This document shows, in pieces, positions 63,426-64,000 of a stretch of 64,000 bases of DNA. Position 1 is the stretch's first letter, and every line of letters begins with the position of its first letter. The notes under the pieces are model-generated. The model had not been told where the DNA came from. It was given only the letters and a program-made list of their open reading frames with translations, and made no database searches. Location: NCBI GenBank assembly GCA_964247055.1, contig OZ176056.1:5766001-5830000 (forward strand). The letters are read 5' to 3'. This stretch comes from Paragordius varius. Its lineage: Eukaryota > Animalia > Nematomorpha. The position numbers and the translations under genes were made by a program.

Positions 63426-64000
63426 TTTTATAATTTTCGAAAATCTCATTTAATTTTAAATAATAATTTTAATTTAACCCTTTAACTCTCCAACTTTTTA
63501 CATTCATGTTTGTTATTCTATAATTTGTGATTTTAGGCTCTCAATCAAACAAATTTTTCGCATTAATTACAAAATTAAATAATTTAAAAAGCTATTAAAA
63601 AAATATTTTGATTTGTGCCCTGTTTTATCAAGGTAATTACACGATAATTGTTTTACCAAAAATTACCAAATTAAAAAACCACCTATATTTTTATTATTTA
63701 TATTTAAATATAATACGTTAAACAAAAAATGGCAAATCTTAAAAAGATAAACAATTTAACCGATAATTAAAAATAATGTAGTGGAAACGGTATATAATTA
63801 AATATTTATAAAAAAAACTACATGTTTGCCGTTCGTCTGTGTCACCCCACACAAGGACATCACAAATATAAAGGCATAAATATTGCATAAAACGTTAGGG
63901 TTGTCTAGAACCATTCAACATTAAATTATTATCAAAGGACATGATGGCTAAATTTATATAAAACATTAAAATTTCAGTCAAAAAATGCATTAATATTACG

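Overview
Very AT-rich eukaryotic DNA with short GT-AG introns. The strongly diverged animal-type genes would fit a parasitic cnidarian (myxozoan-like) or a similar fast-evolving animal; this is inference and the organism cannot be fixed from the sequence. The window is dominated by transposon-derived inverted repeats: Tc1/mariner-like, hAT and piggyBac-like MITEs, a Foldback-like element and an internally truncated hAT-Blackjack transposon. It also holds two Gypsy pol relics, an RTE-type LINE fragment and three copies of a Helitron-like repeat built from ~150-bp monomers. Host genes are recognisable only after manual splicing and all carry lesions: CSTF3/CstF-77 (20.5-25.6 kb, +), one or two Ig/FN3 surface-protein genes (37.4-49.2 kb, -) and a receptor-tyrosine-kinase-like relic (58-59 kb, +). 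The most unusual structures are a 5.9-kb higher-order palindrome of four fused 21-bp-repeat MITE units (50.9-56.8 kb) and the ~150-bp A/B-monomer dispersed element. No rRNA, tRNA or CRISPR array was recognised.
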